From: Candidatus Latescibacterota bacterium
GTDB taxonomy: Bacteria > Latescibacterota > UBA2968 > GCA-2709665
Assembly: GCA_965219995.1 (NCBI GenBank)
Contig: CBDCOX010000002.1
Coordinates: 3,872,001 to 3,936,000, forward strand
Reading direction: 5' to 3'
DNA: 64,000 nt
How positions within the stretch are numbered: position 1 is the stretch's first letter; each line of letters opens with the position of its first letter. Below are positions 17,152 through 27,600 of the stretch, one piece after another. Made by a program: the position numbers and the translations under genes. The notes under the pieces were generated by a model. The model saw only the letters and a list, made by a program, of their open reading frames with translations. It did not search any database and was not told the origin of the DNA.

Positions 17152-20133
17152 TTAGATGCTTTCTTCCTGCCAGAGCTTGAGTTGCTCCGGATCGTCGATA
17201 TGGTCACCGTATGCAAGCCGTGCCAGATTGTAGAGGACCTCGAAATCGTCGGCAGCGGCGGCGACTTCTCCCTTCAAATCGATCCCGGAAAACGAACGAG
17301 AAACCGGTAGTACTTCAAGTACGGCTTCGAGCGAGGCGAAGAAGCGCGGATCCTGGTCGACCAGCGATTCTGTGAGCAACTCCTTGGCCGCAGTGAGGGA
17401 TCTGATGCGAGCCATATTGGCGGCGTGATGGATGGCATCGATCATGCTCCGTGAACCATCAGCTGGACCGAGTGTCCCCTTGGCGGCTCGCCGCGAACTA
17501 TCCCACAAGATAATATCACTGCTTTTTTTCTCTGCGAACCGACCGACAATGTCATTTTCGATATCGACACCCACTGCACGGGCAAGCCGTAAAGCTTCAT
17601 CGTAAGAAAATTTCGGCGCTTTAAACGCGTCCCACGCAAGGACAATGAAAGCCGTGATTCCATCGAGATCCTCATCGGCTCTTAGATGGGTCAGCTGTTC
17701 CAGCCGCCAGCGCTTGACCTCCCGACGAGCCGCATCCAAGGCGTCTTCAGGTGTAGCCGCGTAAGGATCCCACTCTTCCTCGAAGAGTTCCGGCTGGCGT
17801 CGCCGAAGGCGCTCTGCCGGGATTGGACGGGGCGTGCCTCGCTTCAACGGCCAGTGCCGCGAGAACTCCTCTAACGCGGGTCCGAATGAGGCCAAGTAAA
17901 GATCCACTCCGGTAATTCCGGCTTCTTGAAATCCCTGGATCCGCGAACGAACTGAGCGGGCAACAAGGGGCTCGACATCTTCCCAATATGCGGGTATAGC
18001 TTCTCCATAGTAATGTGTCGACCCTTCGCGCACCATGTCAGCGTCTGTCTCGTTCGTGCTGGGACTTCGCGGCCGACAGACTAGAAAAATAGTACTGTTA
18101 GCCGCAGCCTTTTCCTTGATGTGCAGGCTGCCCTGTGCTTCAGTGTTGATCGGCCACGACGCGGTAATCGCAAAGCCCGCATCCATAAGCCCTTTGGATA
18201 GTGCATCCCAGGCGTCTGTTTCCTTGTGCGTGAACATCAAGGTCATGATGCCGTTCGCCTTCAATGTCCTGCGGCATTCGGTAAAGATCGAAGCCATGCG
18301 CTCCTGATATTCACGCCCCGCGAGCGCCGTGGCCCCCCTCTGTCCTTTAAATTTCGCAGGATTAGCGACGGCTTCGCTTTCCTTGTCCGTCAGGTTGCGT
18401 CGGAAAAATTCCGGGAATGCATAGCCAGCGGTACGCTTGAGCCATACATAGAAAAAATCCGATAACTCGGCGTACATGACGTTGGCGTAATATGGTGGAT
18501 CAATGACGACGGAGTCAATACTTCCATCAGCGATGTGATCGAGACTATCTCCAGGTTTACACGTGATGGTGACAGCCGAAGGTGTGTGTTTGTCGACGAC
18601 ACAATCAAATAAGCCCACACCGTTCGTTTCGTGTCGAATCAAAGCAGTGAGTTCATCAATGCATTTTGCGGTCTGACGGATCGCCCAGTCGTAGCCAAGT
18701 CCGTCTATTAGAAGTGCCATTTCGGCAAAAGACCACTTGAACGAAAAATCATGTCGATCGAATGTATTCGTCATTACCTGCCTACCGACATGCCACCTTG
18801 TCATGCGTGAGTCGTAGTCACACATCTTACTCAAAGACAATGCCAAATACCCATAGGCCGCTTTCCGCATCTCGTCGAGCTTGCCTGTGTCCATATCGGA
18901 GGAGAGCATTTCACGGAATACTTCGACACTTGTTCCGTGGCAAAGAAGCTGTCGGGGAGAGAATAGATCACGCCAACGCCGCATTCCATATCTCAATGGT
19001 TCTGAGGTCTTGCTTCCGTCCGGAATTCCCTCGGCTGGTACAATGTCCAACGCCTCCCACTCAGGCAATTTTTCAGCGAGGAATTCCCGAACCTCGGTGC
19101 TATTGTCGTCCTCAGGGAGCGGCGCCCTAAATTCCCGGACCCACTTTTCGCGTGTCTTTCCAGTCTTCGTCTCGATGACGATCCGTTTCTTGTAAACAAC
19201 TGTGTAAAGCTGCTCGCCCATATGGCCCGACTGTGCCTGGGCTTTGACTTCATCACCGTCTATGACGCGTCCGCAATCGGAATACGGGCACGTGCCAGCG
19301 CCACGCGCGACCGTTCCAGACGACTGTAGCGCTGCGGAATGCACGATCTCGAATGAGCAGACACGGCCCGGCGCGCCACTGCCGGTAGCGAGATTTGGTT
19401 TCAATCTGATCCCAGTCCCATCTGGAGCCAGGCGCCAATTAGGGGAAAGAGGCACAACGCCTGCGCAATATGGACAGTTGATTGTATGTGCCCAGAGGTA
19501 GGTCACGTCAACCCGTTCTGGAAAATGTCGCTGAGGGAAGAGATCCTTAAGGCGATTTTCCACTCGACGACGCCACTCCGCGGCCAAGCCTTCGAAATAT
19601 TCCTTCATCTGCTGGGGAAAGGCAGATGGCCACTCTATAGTAGCACGCATAACCAAGGCTGCCACAGGATTCAGATCGTTGGCAATTGACGTAAGACCCA
19701 TTCGAATCGTCTCAAACGGAATACTCCCGCCGCCTGCTGTGGGATCAAGCACGGTGCGATTATCCGTACCATTCCCAAGCGTTGACTTAAGCCATATGTT
19801 GTCGGCTTTGTCCATCAAATAGCCAAATGCGCGATTGTATCCGTATGGATCTTTAACCCTGATTCCAGTCCTCCGCGCCTTCAAAATTGCATTGCGAGCA
19901 GCCACAGGATCACCATGAATCCCAAGTACGTGTAGGAACATCTCCCGATCTGCATCAGCTGGAAGAAGGGAGGCGAGGATCGCAGCACGCGAAGCTACAA
20001 GCGGGCGCCGTGCCCACCAAACGTGAAGGCGGTTCGGAGCGGGGAACGGCGTCATTGGCGTCCGTTCACGGGTGCTCTCGATACCAAGTTCGGCAATCGG
20101 GAGCCAGCGTTCTATAAGGCGGGTGTCCGACAC
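17152..20133 (-). CDS. DUF1156-family adenine DNA methyltransferase
   Basis: HVWWARRPL (DUF1156), DPTAGGGSIPFE (SAM binding), DPPYY (catalytic), and a zinc ribbon CPYC...CPYSDC. Confidence 0.92.
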   Translation of the reverse strand: MSDTRLIERWLPIAELGIESTRERTPMTPFPAPNRLHVWWARRPLVASRAAILASLLPADADREMFLHVLGIHGDPVAARNAILKARRTGIRVKDPYGYNRAFGYLMDKADNIWLKSTLGNGTDNRTVLDPTAGGGSIPFETIRMGLTSIANDLNPVAALVMRATIEWPSAFPQQMKEYFEGLAAEWRRRVENRLKDLFPQRHFPERVDVTYLWAHTINCPYCAGVVPLSPNWRLAPDGTGIRLKPNLATGSGAPGRVCSFEIVHSAALQSSGTVARGAGTCPYSDCGRVIDGDEVKAQAQSGHMGEQLYTVVYKKRIVIETKTGKTREKWVREFRAPLPEDDNSTEVREFLAEKLPEWEALDIVPAEGIPDGSKTSEPLRYGMRRWRDLFSPRQLLCHGTSVEVFREMLSSDMDTGKLDEMRKAAYGYLALSLSKMCDYDSRMTRWHVGRQVMTNTFDRHDFSFKWSFAEMALLIDGLGYDWAIRQTAKCIDELTALIRHETNGVGLFDCVVDKHTPSAVTITCKPGDSLDHIADGSIDSVVIDPPYYANVMYAELSDFFYVWLKRTAGYAFPEFFRRNLTDKESEAVANPAKFKGQRGATALAGREYQERMASIFTECRRTLKANGIMTLMFTHKETDAWDALSKGLMDAGFAITASWPINTEAQGSLHIKEKAAANSTIFLVCRPRSPSTNETDADMVREGSTHYYGEAIPAYWEDVEPLVARSVRSRIQGFQEAGITGVDLYLASFGPALEEFSRHWPLKRGTPRPIPAERLRRRQPELFEEEWDPYAATPEDALDAARREVKRWRLEQLTHLRADEDLDGITAFIVLAWDAFKAPKFSYDEALRLARAVGVDIENDIVGRFAEKKSSDIILWDSSRRAAKGTLGPADGSRSMIDAIHHAANMARIRSLTAAKELLTESLVDQDPRFFASLEAVLEVLPVSRSFSGIDLKGEVAAAADDFEVLYNLARLAYGDHIDDPEQLKLWQEESI

Positions 20134-20155
20134 TTTAATCCTTTGGTCTCTTTAT

Positions 20156-21118
20156 CTATCGCTTGGTGAGCTTTGGACCGGCATATACGATGTAGACGGG
20201 CTCGCCGAATCGTATGGGCCAGGAGAAGTGCAGGCGGAGGTTCAGGTGGCGCTCCTTGCCGTGCCACGCACAAAAAATGGCTTTCTGCCGATCCTCCGGA
20301 TGTGGAAATGTCAATTCCCCTTGAAATTCGTTTTTTTCCGAATCTGACGAGTCTGAGAATAACGCATTCTTTCCACCCGTAAAGTAGTTTCGGTAAATCC
20401 AATGGCCTTCACGTGTCCTCGCACCATCTGCATCGAACGCGCAAGCAAATTGATCCAGAGTGCCTAGCAGGAAGAGAATGCGCTGGGAAGAGCTCTGGGA
20501 GAACGGTCTCCCCACAAGGCGCTCGAAGCAGTCGTCGGCGAATGTAAGCCTCCTGAAACGGTTCGTCGCAAAAACCCGCAAAGCTTCCCACGACCGGAGC
20601 GGTGCCGGATTGTCTTGTAGTGTCTTTTCCAACCCTGCGGCATCAAGGCAATTCTCGAGTAGTGCAATTTGATCGTCCAATCCCTCCGCCTGTCGCCTCC
20701 AGGTCACCTCCACGGGCGAAAAGTTCCAAAGGGAGGGTGTAACGCTAACCAAGCCACATTCGACCTTGTGTAGCATTCGATACGCCGCTTCCCCCACCGC
20801 AGAATCCGTGACGATATCGTCTCTGCATTCCAGGTAATCGTCTCGACCGTGCTGGCGAAGATCGTCCCAGAATGGACCGCCGCGCGTCAGCCACGCCATT
20901 GCGGCTCGCCGTTCACTGATGCTGAGGCGCCCAAGCGCCTGCTGCATCGTCAAGTGACGCATTGGGTTGGTCGTAAGGATCGCACGATGGCAATGTACCT
21001 CACGACCGAATCTGCGGGCAACATTGCGCATGGCCATGAGCCGAGCAAGCGATTCGCGAAAGGAAAAAATGTCGTGGAATTGTTCGTGAATCGAGAGGTC
21101 GTTCGTGAAGAGTTCCAA
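20156..21118 (-). CDS. Hypothetical effector (Menshen NsnC position) with a RelE-like C-terminus
   Basis: Coupled to the upstream ATPase. C-terminal WHGK...RLHF...VYIVYAG pattern. Confidence 0.6.
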   Translation of the reverse strand: MELFTNDLSIHEQFHDIFSFRESLARLMAMRNVARRFGREVHCHRAILTTNPMRHLTMQQALGRLSISERRAAMAWLTRGGPFWDDLRQHGRDDYLECRDDIVTDSAVGEAAYRMLHKVECGLVSVTPSLWNFSPVEVTWRRQAEGLDDQIALLENCLDAAGLEKTLQDNPAPLRSWEALRVFATNRFRRLTFADDCFERLVGRPFSQSSSQRILFLLGTLDQFACAFDADGARTREGHWIYRNYFTGGKNALFSDSSDSEKNEFQGELTFPHPEDRQKAIFCAWHGKERHLNLRLHFSWPIRFGEPVYIVYAGPKLTKR

Positions 21119-21119
21119 G

Positions 21120-22259
21120 TCAACTCCAGCCCGCGAAATAATTCATATCCTTGTCGAATTGGTCGAAAAACCCATCCGGCCAACTATCGACATTGCCGTC
21201 GCTGTCCAAGATTGGACTCTCCACCTGAATTGCACCCTCCAGTTCTTCGTCCTTTCGAAGTCTAAAGAAATGCAGAGCGGTGTCCTCGGGAGCCAGAATG
21301 CGCCCTTTTACAGCGCGTCTAACACCGTTCAGCACGTGATCGCTATGCGTCTCAAGAATGACCTGGACTCCTGCAGCCGCGACCTCGGCAAGAAACCCGC
21401 CCATCGCCGCCTGTCCTGCAGGATGGAGATGCACTTCCGGATTTTCAATCAGCAGCAAACCATCCTCGTCAGTGGACAAGGCTGCAACGACAATAGGAAG
21501 AACCTGCGTCAATCCGAAGCCGGTATGAATCGGTCGATGGAAATCTGTGCTCCTCGATGTCCGAATTCCCAGAGTCACTGCATTGGCTTGAGGGACCTTT
21601 TCGACAGTCAACTCGCAACCCGGGAAAAAGCGGCTCATACGCGCCTCGACCTGGCGGAGCCGGGTCGGTACCACACCCTCAATTATTAAGTCATCCAGAA
21701 CACGCAGGTCACGGCCAGAGTACAAAACACTGGCAGCGTGTTCTCCCCTTGGACCGACGACGGACGTACGCTGAGGATCCTCTAACGGATAGGTCTCGCG
21801 TGGCCCCAGTCTCTCCGCTGTGAGGTATGCGAGCCTGCACAGGCGATCAGCCAATTCTTCGCCGCATGACGTTGGGATTAGGTGGTGCAATACCGCGGGT
21901 GGATTTTCCTCGACGTCGCCGCTGCGGACGCGCGTCACCGCCATCGACATCTCGTCGCGTTGGCCCGCGAATTCCCATTGATACGATGTCTCACTGTCCC
22001 ACAGCCCGATCTCGCAGGAACGACGCCCGTGAACCTGGTCGATCACGTCGAACACGGTGCCAAGTTCAACGGAAGCACCGTTGAGCATCAGGCGGTAGGA
22101 CCATTCATATTCCCGCATCGTCTGGTGGAGAAGGACGAGTGCTTGTAATACAGAGGACTTCCCAGAAGCGTTGGAACCCGACAACAAGGTCAGCGGGCTC
22201 AGTGGGAGCTGTAACAACGTGAAGCACTTAAAATGCCGTAGATCAAGCCGTGTGAGCAT
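21120..22259 (-). CDS. ABC/OLD-type ATPase with DUF3696 C-terminus (NsnB-like)
   Basis: FKCF, GSNASGKS, GFGLTQVLP, IENPEVHLHP, ETHSDH and WPDGFFDQ motifs. Confidence 0.9.
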   Translation of the reverse strand: MLTRLDLRHFKCFTLLQLPLSPLTLLSGSNASGKSSVLQALVLLHQTMREYEWSYRLMLNGASVELGTVFDVIDQVHGRRSCEIGLWDSETSYQWEFAGQRDEMSMAVTRVRSGDVEENPPAVLHHLIPTSCGEELADRLCRLAYLTAERLGPRETYPLEDPQRTSVVGPRGEHAASVLYSGRDLRVLDDLIIEGVVPTRLRQVEARMSRFFPGCELTVEKVPQANAVTLGIRTSRSTDFHRPIHTGFGLTQVLPIVVAALSTDEDGLLLIENPEVHLHPAGQAAMGGFLAEVAAAGVQVILETHSDHVLNGVRRAVKGRILAPEDTALHFFRLRKDEELEGAIQVESPILDSDGNVDSWPDGFFDQFDKDMNYFAGWS

Positions 22260-23352
22260 CAAGAATCTCCTCGAAAACTACCCGTGTCATCTCAAACCGC
22301 GTTCTTACCTTCTTGGCATTGTTTGGACCATAGGTAATCGCGCCATTGAACTCCTCGTCCCTGAAAAGACGATATATGGCTTTTCGAAGAGGACGAGCGC
22401 ATGCTTCTACATGCTCTGCCGCGTAGAAGGACAAGCCGGTGGACATTACGTCCCAAAAGGATGCATTCAGCACGCTTCGCCACTCCTGTCCTGGCTCGTG
22501 CTTTCTGAATGCATGCCGTCCGAATAGCAAGTAATTATTGGCAAGGCCCCCGTGAAATTGCTCCTTAAGTCGTGATAGACGCGATTCCTCCATCTTGTTC
22601 ATTTGACGCAAGCAATTTGCAAGAAAGTCATCCATGTCGCCGCGATACTCAGCAAGCTCTAGAAGCCGAAAAGCGCAAAATCGATTTACAAATTCACGAT
22701 CGCGCATTGTCTTCCTGTTCAGGCTTCCGCCCGTTGCCTTAAGGAAAATCTCGCTTCGCGACTGCTCCTTCAAAAAGCGAGTCGCTCTTCCCACGAAGAG
22801 GCAGTTACGCATCTGTTGCCGTGTAAGCGGCACTCCTCCGTTCACCCGTTCAAAAATATCAAGGCGGGCGCGTTCGGGTGCCTTCGAGTCAATTATGTAG
22901 AAGATTAGGTTGCAGTCTTCGACACGATTCTGAAGCTTTGGCGACAGGTCAAAAAAGCTTCTCCCATTTAGTTCATTCCGGTCCGGCAGCGATAGCTTCA
23001 GATCACCTTGCACAAATCGCTGGAATGTGGATATGCGCTGTAAACCATCGACGACAACCATCCGACCTTCATCATCCTCCGCAAGATAAAACACGGGCAG
23101 CGGAATCCTCATGATCACGGATTCGATTAGTTTGCTTTGCTTATCTTCAGGCCAGATGAAGTCTCGTTGAAAGTCCGGATCCATGACGTAGTTGCCCTGA
23201 TCAATGCGCCGAACGACGTCATGAATCGTCCGACTCTCTTGGCGAATCAATAGATCGTCAATCGGGTAGTCGCCCCAAGATTCGCCTTCGCTGTCCAAAC
23301 CTTCGATTTCTTCTACAAAGTCAGTCGACTGATCGGATTGTTGGGCTTCCAT
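22243..23352 (-). CDS. DUF262 (ParB-like) protein (NsnA-like)
   Basis: PDFQRDFIW, LIESV..RIPLP, VVDGLQR and IFERVNGG motifs. Overlaps the ATPase start. Confidence 0.92.
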   Translation of the reverse strand: MEAQQSDQSTDFVEEIEGLDSEGESWGDYPIDDLLIRQESRTIHDVVRRIDQGNYVMDPDFQRDFIWPEDKQSKLIESVIMRIPLPVFYLAEDDEGRMVVVDGLQRISTFQRFVQGDLKLSLPDRNELNGRSFFDLSPKLQNRVEDCNLIFYIIDSKAPERARLDIFERVNGGVPLTRQQMRNCLFVGRATRFLKEQSRSEIFLKATGGSLNRKTMRDREFVNRFCAFRLLELAEYRGDMDDFLANCLRQMNKMEESRLSRLKEQFHGGLANNYLLFGRHAFRKHEPGQEWRSVLNASFWDVMSTGLSFYAAEHVEACARPLRKAIYRLFRDEEFNGAITYGPNNAKKVRTRFEMTRVVFEEILDAHTA

Positions 23353-23730
23353 TGTGTCATTTCTCCGTATCGATCCATTATCGGATGTGCCGCCCATTTC
23401 TTCATTCTACTCGTTAGGAAACGCCGCGCCCCCTCGCACATAAAGCCCTTCTTTGAGGGTCAATTGAAAACCCGCCTCGAAGCCTTTGGGACTTACACCG
23501 CAAAACTGCGGAACCAGGAATTCCTTCACCAACAGCGAGTTCACTCGCAGTGCTATTGATGCCAGGCTGTTCGATCCGAAGCCAGCGTACGGTCAAGCGA
23601 AAGTCGCGCGTTTAAAATACTCGTGGCTGGTTTCAAGTCAGAGGTGATGCTGAAATCGACTCCTTTCCGACCGCCTTAGCTAAGGCCGAGTAACCCGACT
23701 TCAAGGTCATTGCTGCTTTCTCTGCTCATG

Positions 23731-24051
23731 TTATTGCTCAAACGCCGCGGTGATTTTGTGCGCCCATTTCGAGCCTTCCCGGAGGTCGTTCTTTGTTACC
23801 ACAGGAAGATCGCGAAAGACGATTCGAGACATCCACTTTTTCGAACCGGCAATGCACTCATAGCCGATTGTCCACCGAAAGATACTACCAACCTGCATTT
23901 TTGCTTCTTCGTTTTCTGACAATTTACCCAGGGGTATATGTGCTTCTTCTTTCGCATACTTCATTCCTGCCGTGAGGTCGGTCAAACGTGCAGAAAACTC
24001 TGTATCACCAATTTCAGTGACATCACCTTCCCATTCCTGCTGTATCTCCAT
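23731..24051 (-). CDS. Small hypothetical protein, possible OB/S1-like beta fold
   Basis: 106 aa with a GGAGGG RBS. WEGDVTEI...FSARLTDL...GSIFRWTIGY is beta-rich. Confidence 0.65.
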   Translation of the reverse strand: MEIQQEWEGDVTEIGDTEFSARLTDLTAGMKYAKEEAHIPLGKLSENEEAKMQVGSIFRWTIGYECIAGSKKWMSRIVFRDLPVVTKNDLREGSKWAHKITAAFEQ

Positions 24052-24129
24052 TCAGTCTGTCCCTCCGCAGTAGCTAGCGGAATATTCCGTGACAATTCAA
24101 ATCTTGACAAGAGGCCATTCCGATCTTGT

Positions 24130-24609
24130 TCATCGTCTCGGCTCCGTTAAAAGAAGCCGTAAAGCCGCGAGCACGCGGCGAGGATACTTGCGGTGGACTG
24201 CCATGCCCAGCCAATATGCCGCCTCTTCGCGACCCATTGCCTCGATGCCTTCAGCAACCGCCCGTATGTTCTGACGACTTCGCATTGGAGCAAGCGTACG
24301 GAATAGGAGCCCAATCATCAACGCTACATCTTCGGTTACGGTGTAGCCTCGTTTTTTGGTGTCCACGCTACGCGTTGGATTGACGCCCGAGCGCGTCAGC
24401 CGCTTAAGTACTCGATGCTCGACCAATTCCAGGTTGCGGCCTCGAAGGCCGGCGACACGAAGCGGTGACGTGACCTGTGGAGTAGCTATCGTGGGGACCT
24501 GCCAGATCTCGTATTCGGCGCCAATAGATCCGTATCGCCGTACTCGCAATTCGTACCGAGGCGCGGAGTCTGGAGGATTGACTTGGGCAATTGTCTCAGG
24601 TTGCGCCAT
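24130..24609 (-). CDS. Small DUF499-associated protein (DUF3780-like position)
   Basis: Overlaps the DUF499 stop. The C-terminal GIEAMGREEAAYWL motif resembles EExxW/YW in DUF3780-type partners. Confidence 0.7.
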   Translation of the reverse strand: MAQPETIAQVNPPDSAPRYELRVRRYGSIGAEYEIWQVPTIATPQVTSPLRVAGLRGRNLELVEHRVLKRLTRSGVNPTRSVDTKKRGYTVTEDVALMIGLLFRTLAPMRSRQNIRAVAEGIEAMGREEAAYWLGMAVHRKYPRRVLAALRLLLTEPRR

Positions 24610-27600
24610 CTGATTCCTCGATTCTCGCCGTTGCGGAAACATAGGCGCCGCCGCTTGCAAACCGGGTAAGCCGCTCGGTAATTTTCTCCGCCGCATCTCC
24701 CCGCAACGGAAGCCCCAGCTCGAATCTTATTTGGAATGCGGTATCAATAGACTTTGTACTTGCCGCCCGCAGTTGTGGTTCCAGAAACTCCTTAACCGGC
24801 TGAGCATCCGATACCGAGCCCTGAAATTCCAGTTCTAACGACCCTCGTTCGGTGGTTTCATAACCTCCGGTTAGTTTTACTACTTTTTCTGCTCCTGATA
24901 TTCCGCCAACGGCGCCGAAGATACGGAATGCGTCGCTCGCCTCAAATAGATTGATGGACAATTCCCCGATGGCCTCCACTTCCTTTGCTCGTGCCTGCTC
25001 CCACAACTGGACGAGCGCCTCCTTGAGAATTCCCTCGGCGCTGAAGGATTCGGATCCATCTCCAGCCGAATAGGGTTTGATCGGACTTCGGTGCAAGGAT
25101 TCACGAGACCCAGTGATCTGTCCGGTCGGAACTGCCGAGTGTTCTTCTTCAGTCTCGTTCTCTTGACCACCAGCGGGACTCCGTGGCCAGATGCCGGTAT
25201 TTTCGGCGTATGCCATCGTGAAGACGACTGCTTGTTCGTCGATCATTATGGCAGCCACGGGATCGCCCTGACCGAACAACAATTCCCCGCGCTGGTACAC
25301 GTATTCGCCCTGCTCGATGCCGCGCCGTATGCCACGAATGTAGATGTCGTCGCCAATCAGGATTGGGAGGGCGGGATCCCGCCTGAATTCCTCGCGCAGC
25401 GCTAGCGTGGTAAGCTGCCCCTTCTTGAGCGGCGTACGGTCCCTGACATAAGCGGGCGAATCGGGCTGGTCTTCGGATAGACGCAGTTTATTGAGATCCC
25501 GCAATGCTCGCACAACCTGCTTTTGTCCCGCTCCAGGTCGATCCGAAGCCGATTGAATGTCGATAGCCGTATGGCCAAGATCGGTGTCACTTGCACCAAT
25601 CCGGTTACGTGACGGGTAGAAAACGTGGCGATAACATTGTTGAACTGCAATCGCCAGCTCGTGTTCGGATCGGGCTTCCAACTCGCGCACCTTGGCTTGC
25701 TGGTGCTCCACCAAATCCTTCATTCGCTCCGGCTTTTTCAGTTCCTGCAATGCCAGACGGCGACTGGCCATCCGCCGCATATCTTCCTTGCGAGTTTCGT
25801 CCGCGACCACAAAGACCAGGTTGTTTCGAAGAGCGCGCAAGGCCGAACCCTCGGATCCCTTGCGGGAAAAGATACGGTCGATCAGTTCGGGGACCTCATC
25901 AACAGAGCCACCTATAGTAAGCCCATCGTAGGCCAAAACCGCCAGTTTGGGCCGGCCGTCGCCGACCTCATCAGGAACGTCAAACGGCCCACCTGGGAAA
26001 AGCACTGTCTCAAACGTCTTGTTATCAAAAATGTCGCGAATTGTGTCATTGAGTTCGGCGCGGGTTTCTCCGGCATCGACGTGCTGTTCCTCACGGCGGA
26101 TGATTTGGCGCAGATTGGCCTCAGCCAGAAAACGCATTGGCGCGCCCGGACGGTCGTCCAGATAAGCCGACTCTGCAATGAACTTCCTCCGTGCCACTTC
26201 GACAAAACTGATGTCTATCGTGGGTCCAACGATCGAATAGCGAAGTTGCTCTTGCGAGATGCCCTTTAGTGGGTCGTTAAAGGCAAGTGTATGCATGAAT
26301 ACGGTGCGTGCGACATATACAGTATAGGGCGGCAATCCCGCGTGATCCCTCGCATCGATATCTTCAGCTAAGGCCTTTTTCTCGACCGGTCCTGCGGCAA
26401 TATCGTTGGTGATGGCCGGATTATATGCAGACTGTCCAAGCCGTGTTACGATTTCCTGACGAATCGGTTGGTATCCAGGATTGACATGATGAAGATGGAT
26501 TGCTGTCGCGTCCTTGGGCTTTTCTGTCCAAAGATGGGAAATCGTGCGTGCCAATAGCCGTAACATCCCGCGAACCCGTTGAAAATTACCCAGTGTCGCC
26601 GTTTTGCCAGTCAGGGTTGACAAGATTTCTGGATGAAGCGGATAAGTCGATCCTAATGTCTCGACTGTTTCGGCACGGTTCGCATCATCATGCAGGTCGT
26701 CTCTGTTGGCCATCCAACAGGCCTTATAGGCATCTACGATTGCTGGAATTCTCGTTTCATCGATGGACTCAAACAGCCGGCGTCGGAGGACTTGAACTGT
26801 TTCGTCTTCCTCAGTGGGGTTCAATAGCGTCGCCTTACGCGCGGAGACGCTCTCCGCTTCCGCCATATTGTCAGCGATAAATTGGTTCTCTTCGTTGTAT
26901 GCGTCGGTTGCCCGACCGTCTTTTCCAATCGCCAGTGTATAAACTAGGACTGCATTGGGAACGCTTTCGACCGCCTTGAACAACGAAGTCAGGAATGCGG
27001 TCAACTGAAAACGAGCGTCTTCAATGTTGCGTACCTTGCGCAAGTAAACGGACAACTCATCGAGAAGTATCAGCACGGGTTCGTGACCGAACAGTTCGCG
27101 GAGTGTCCCGGCGCCAGGCGCAATCCGACTCTCGTCGCTTTTGCGTACCCGTTCGTATCCATCCTCGCCGGCAAGCGCATAGGCGATCTCTCCCCATGGA
27201 GTGTAGGCGAAAAGCCCTTCACTCATTCTGCGCCCATTCGCAGGATCGGCGTTCTCACCGTCGAAGGCCGCGATGCGTACGCGGGTCTGCGGCAAGATAG
27301 TTGGATCGACAAATTCGGCAATATCCGACACTCCCTCCATGCCCCGCGCGGCATGACATAATGCGATCAGCCCATGTGTCTTGCCGCCCCCGTAGGAGGT
27401 GTCCAGCCGAAAAATCGAAGCGACTTCACCACCTGTGCCGGACAAACGCTGGCAGACGTTTTCCAACAGGTTCTTCAAGCCCCTTGTGGGATAAGTGTTT
27501 GCGAAGAATCGCGCCGGGTCGAGGTATTCGGCATTCCCCTCTCCCGTGATGACCTGTGCCAGATCCGCCGCGAAATCGGCTTCGGTGATCGTTCCTTCGA

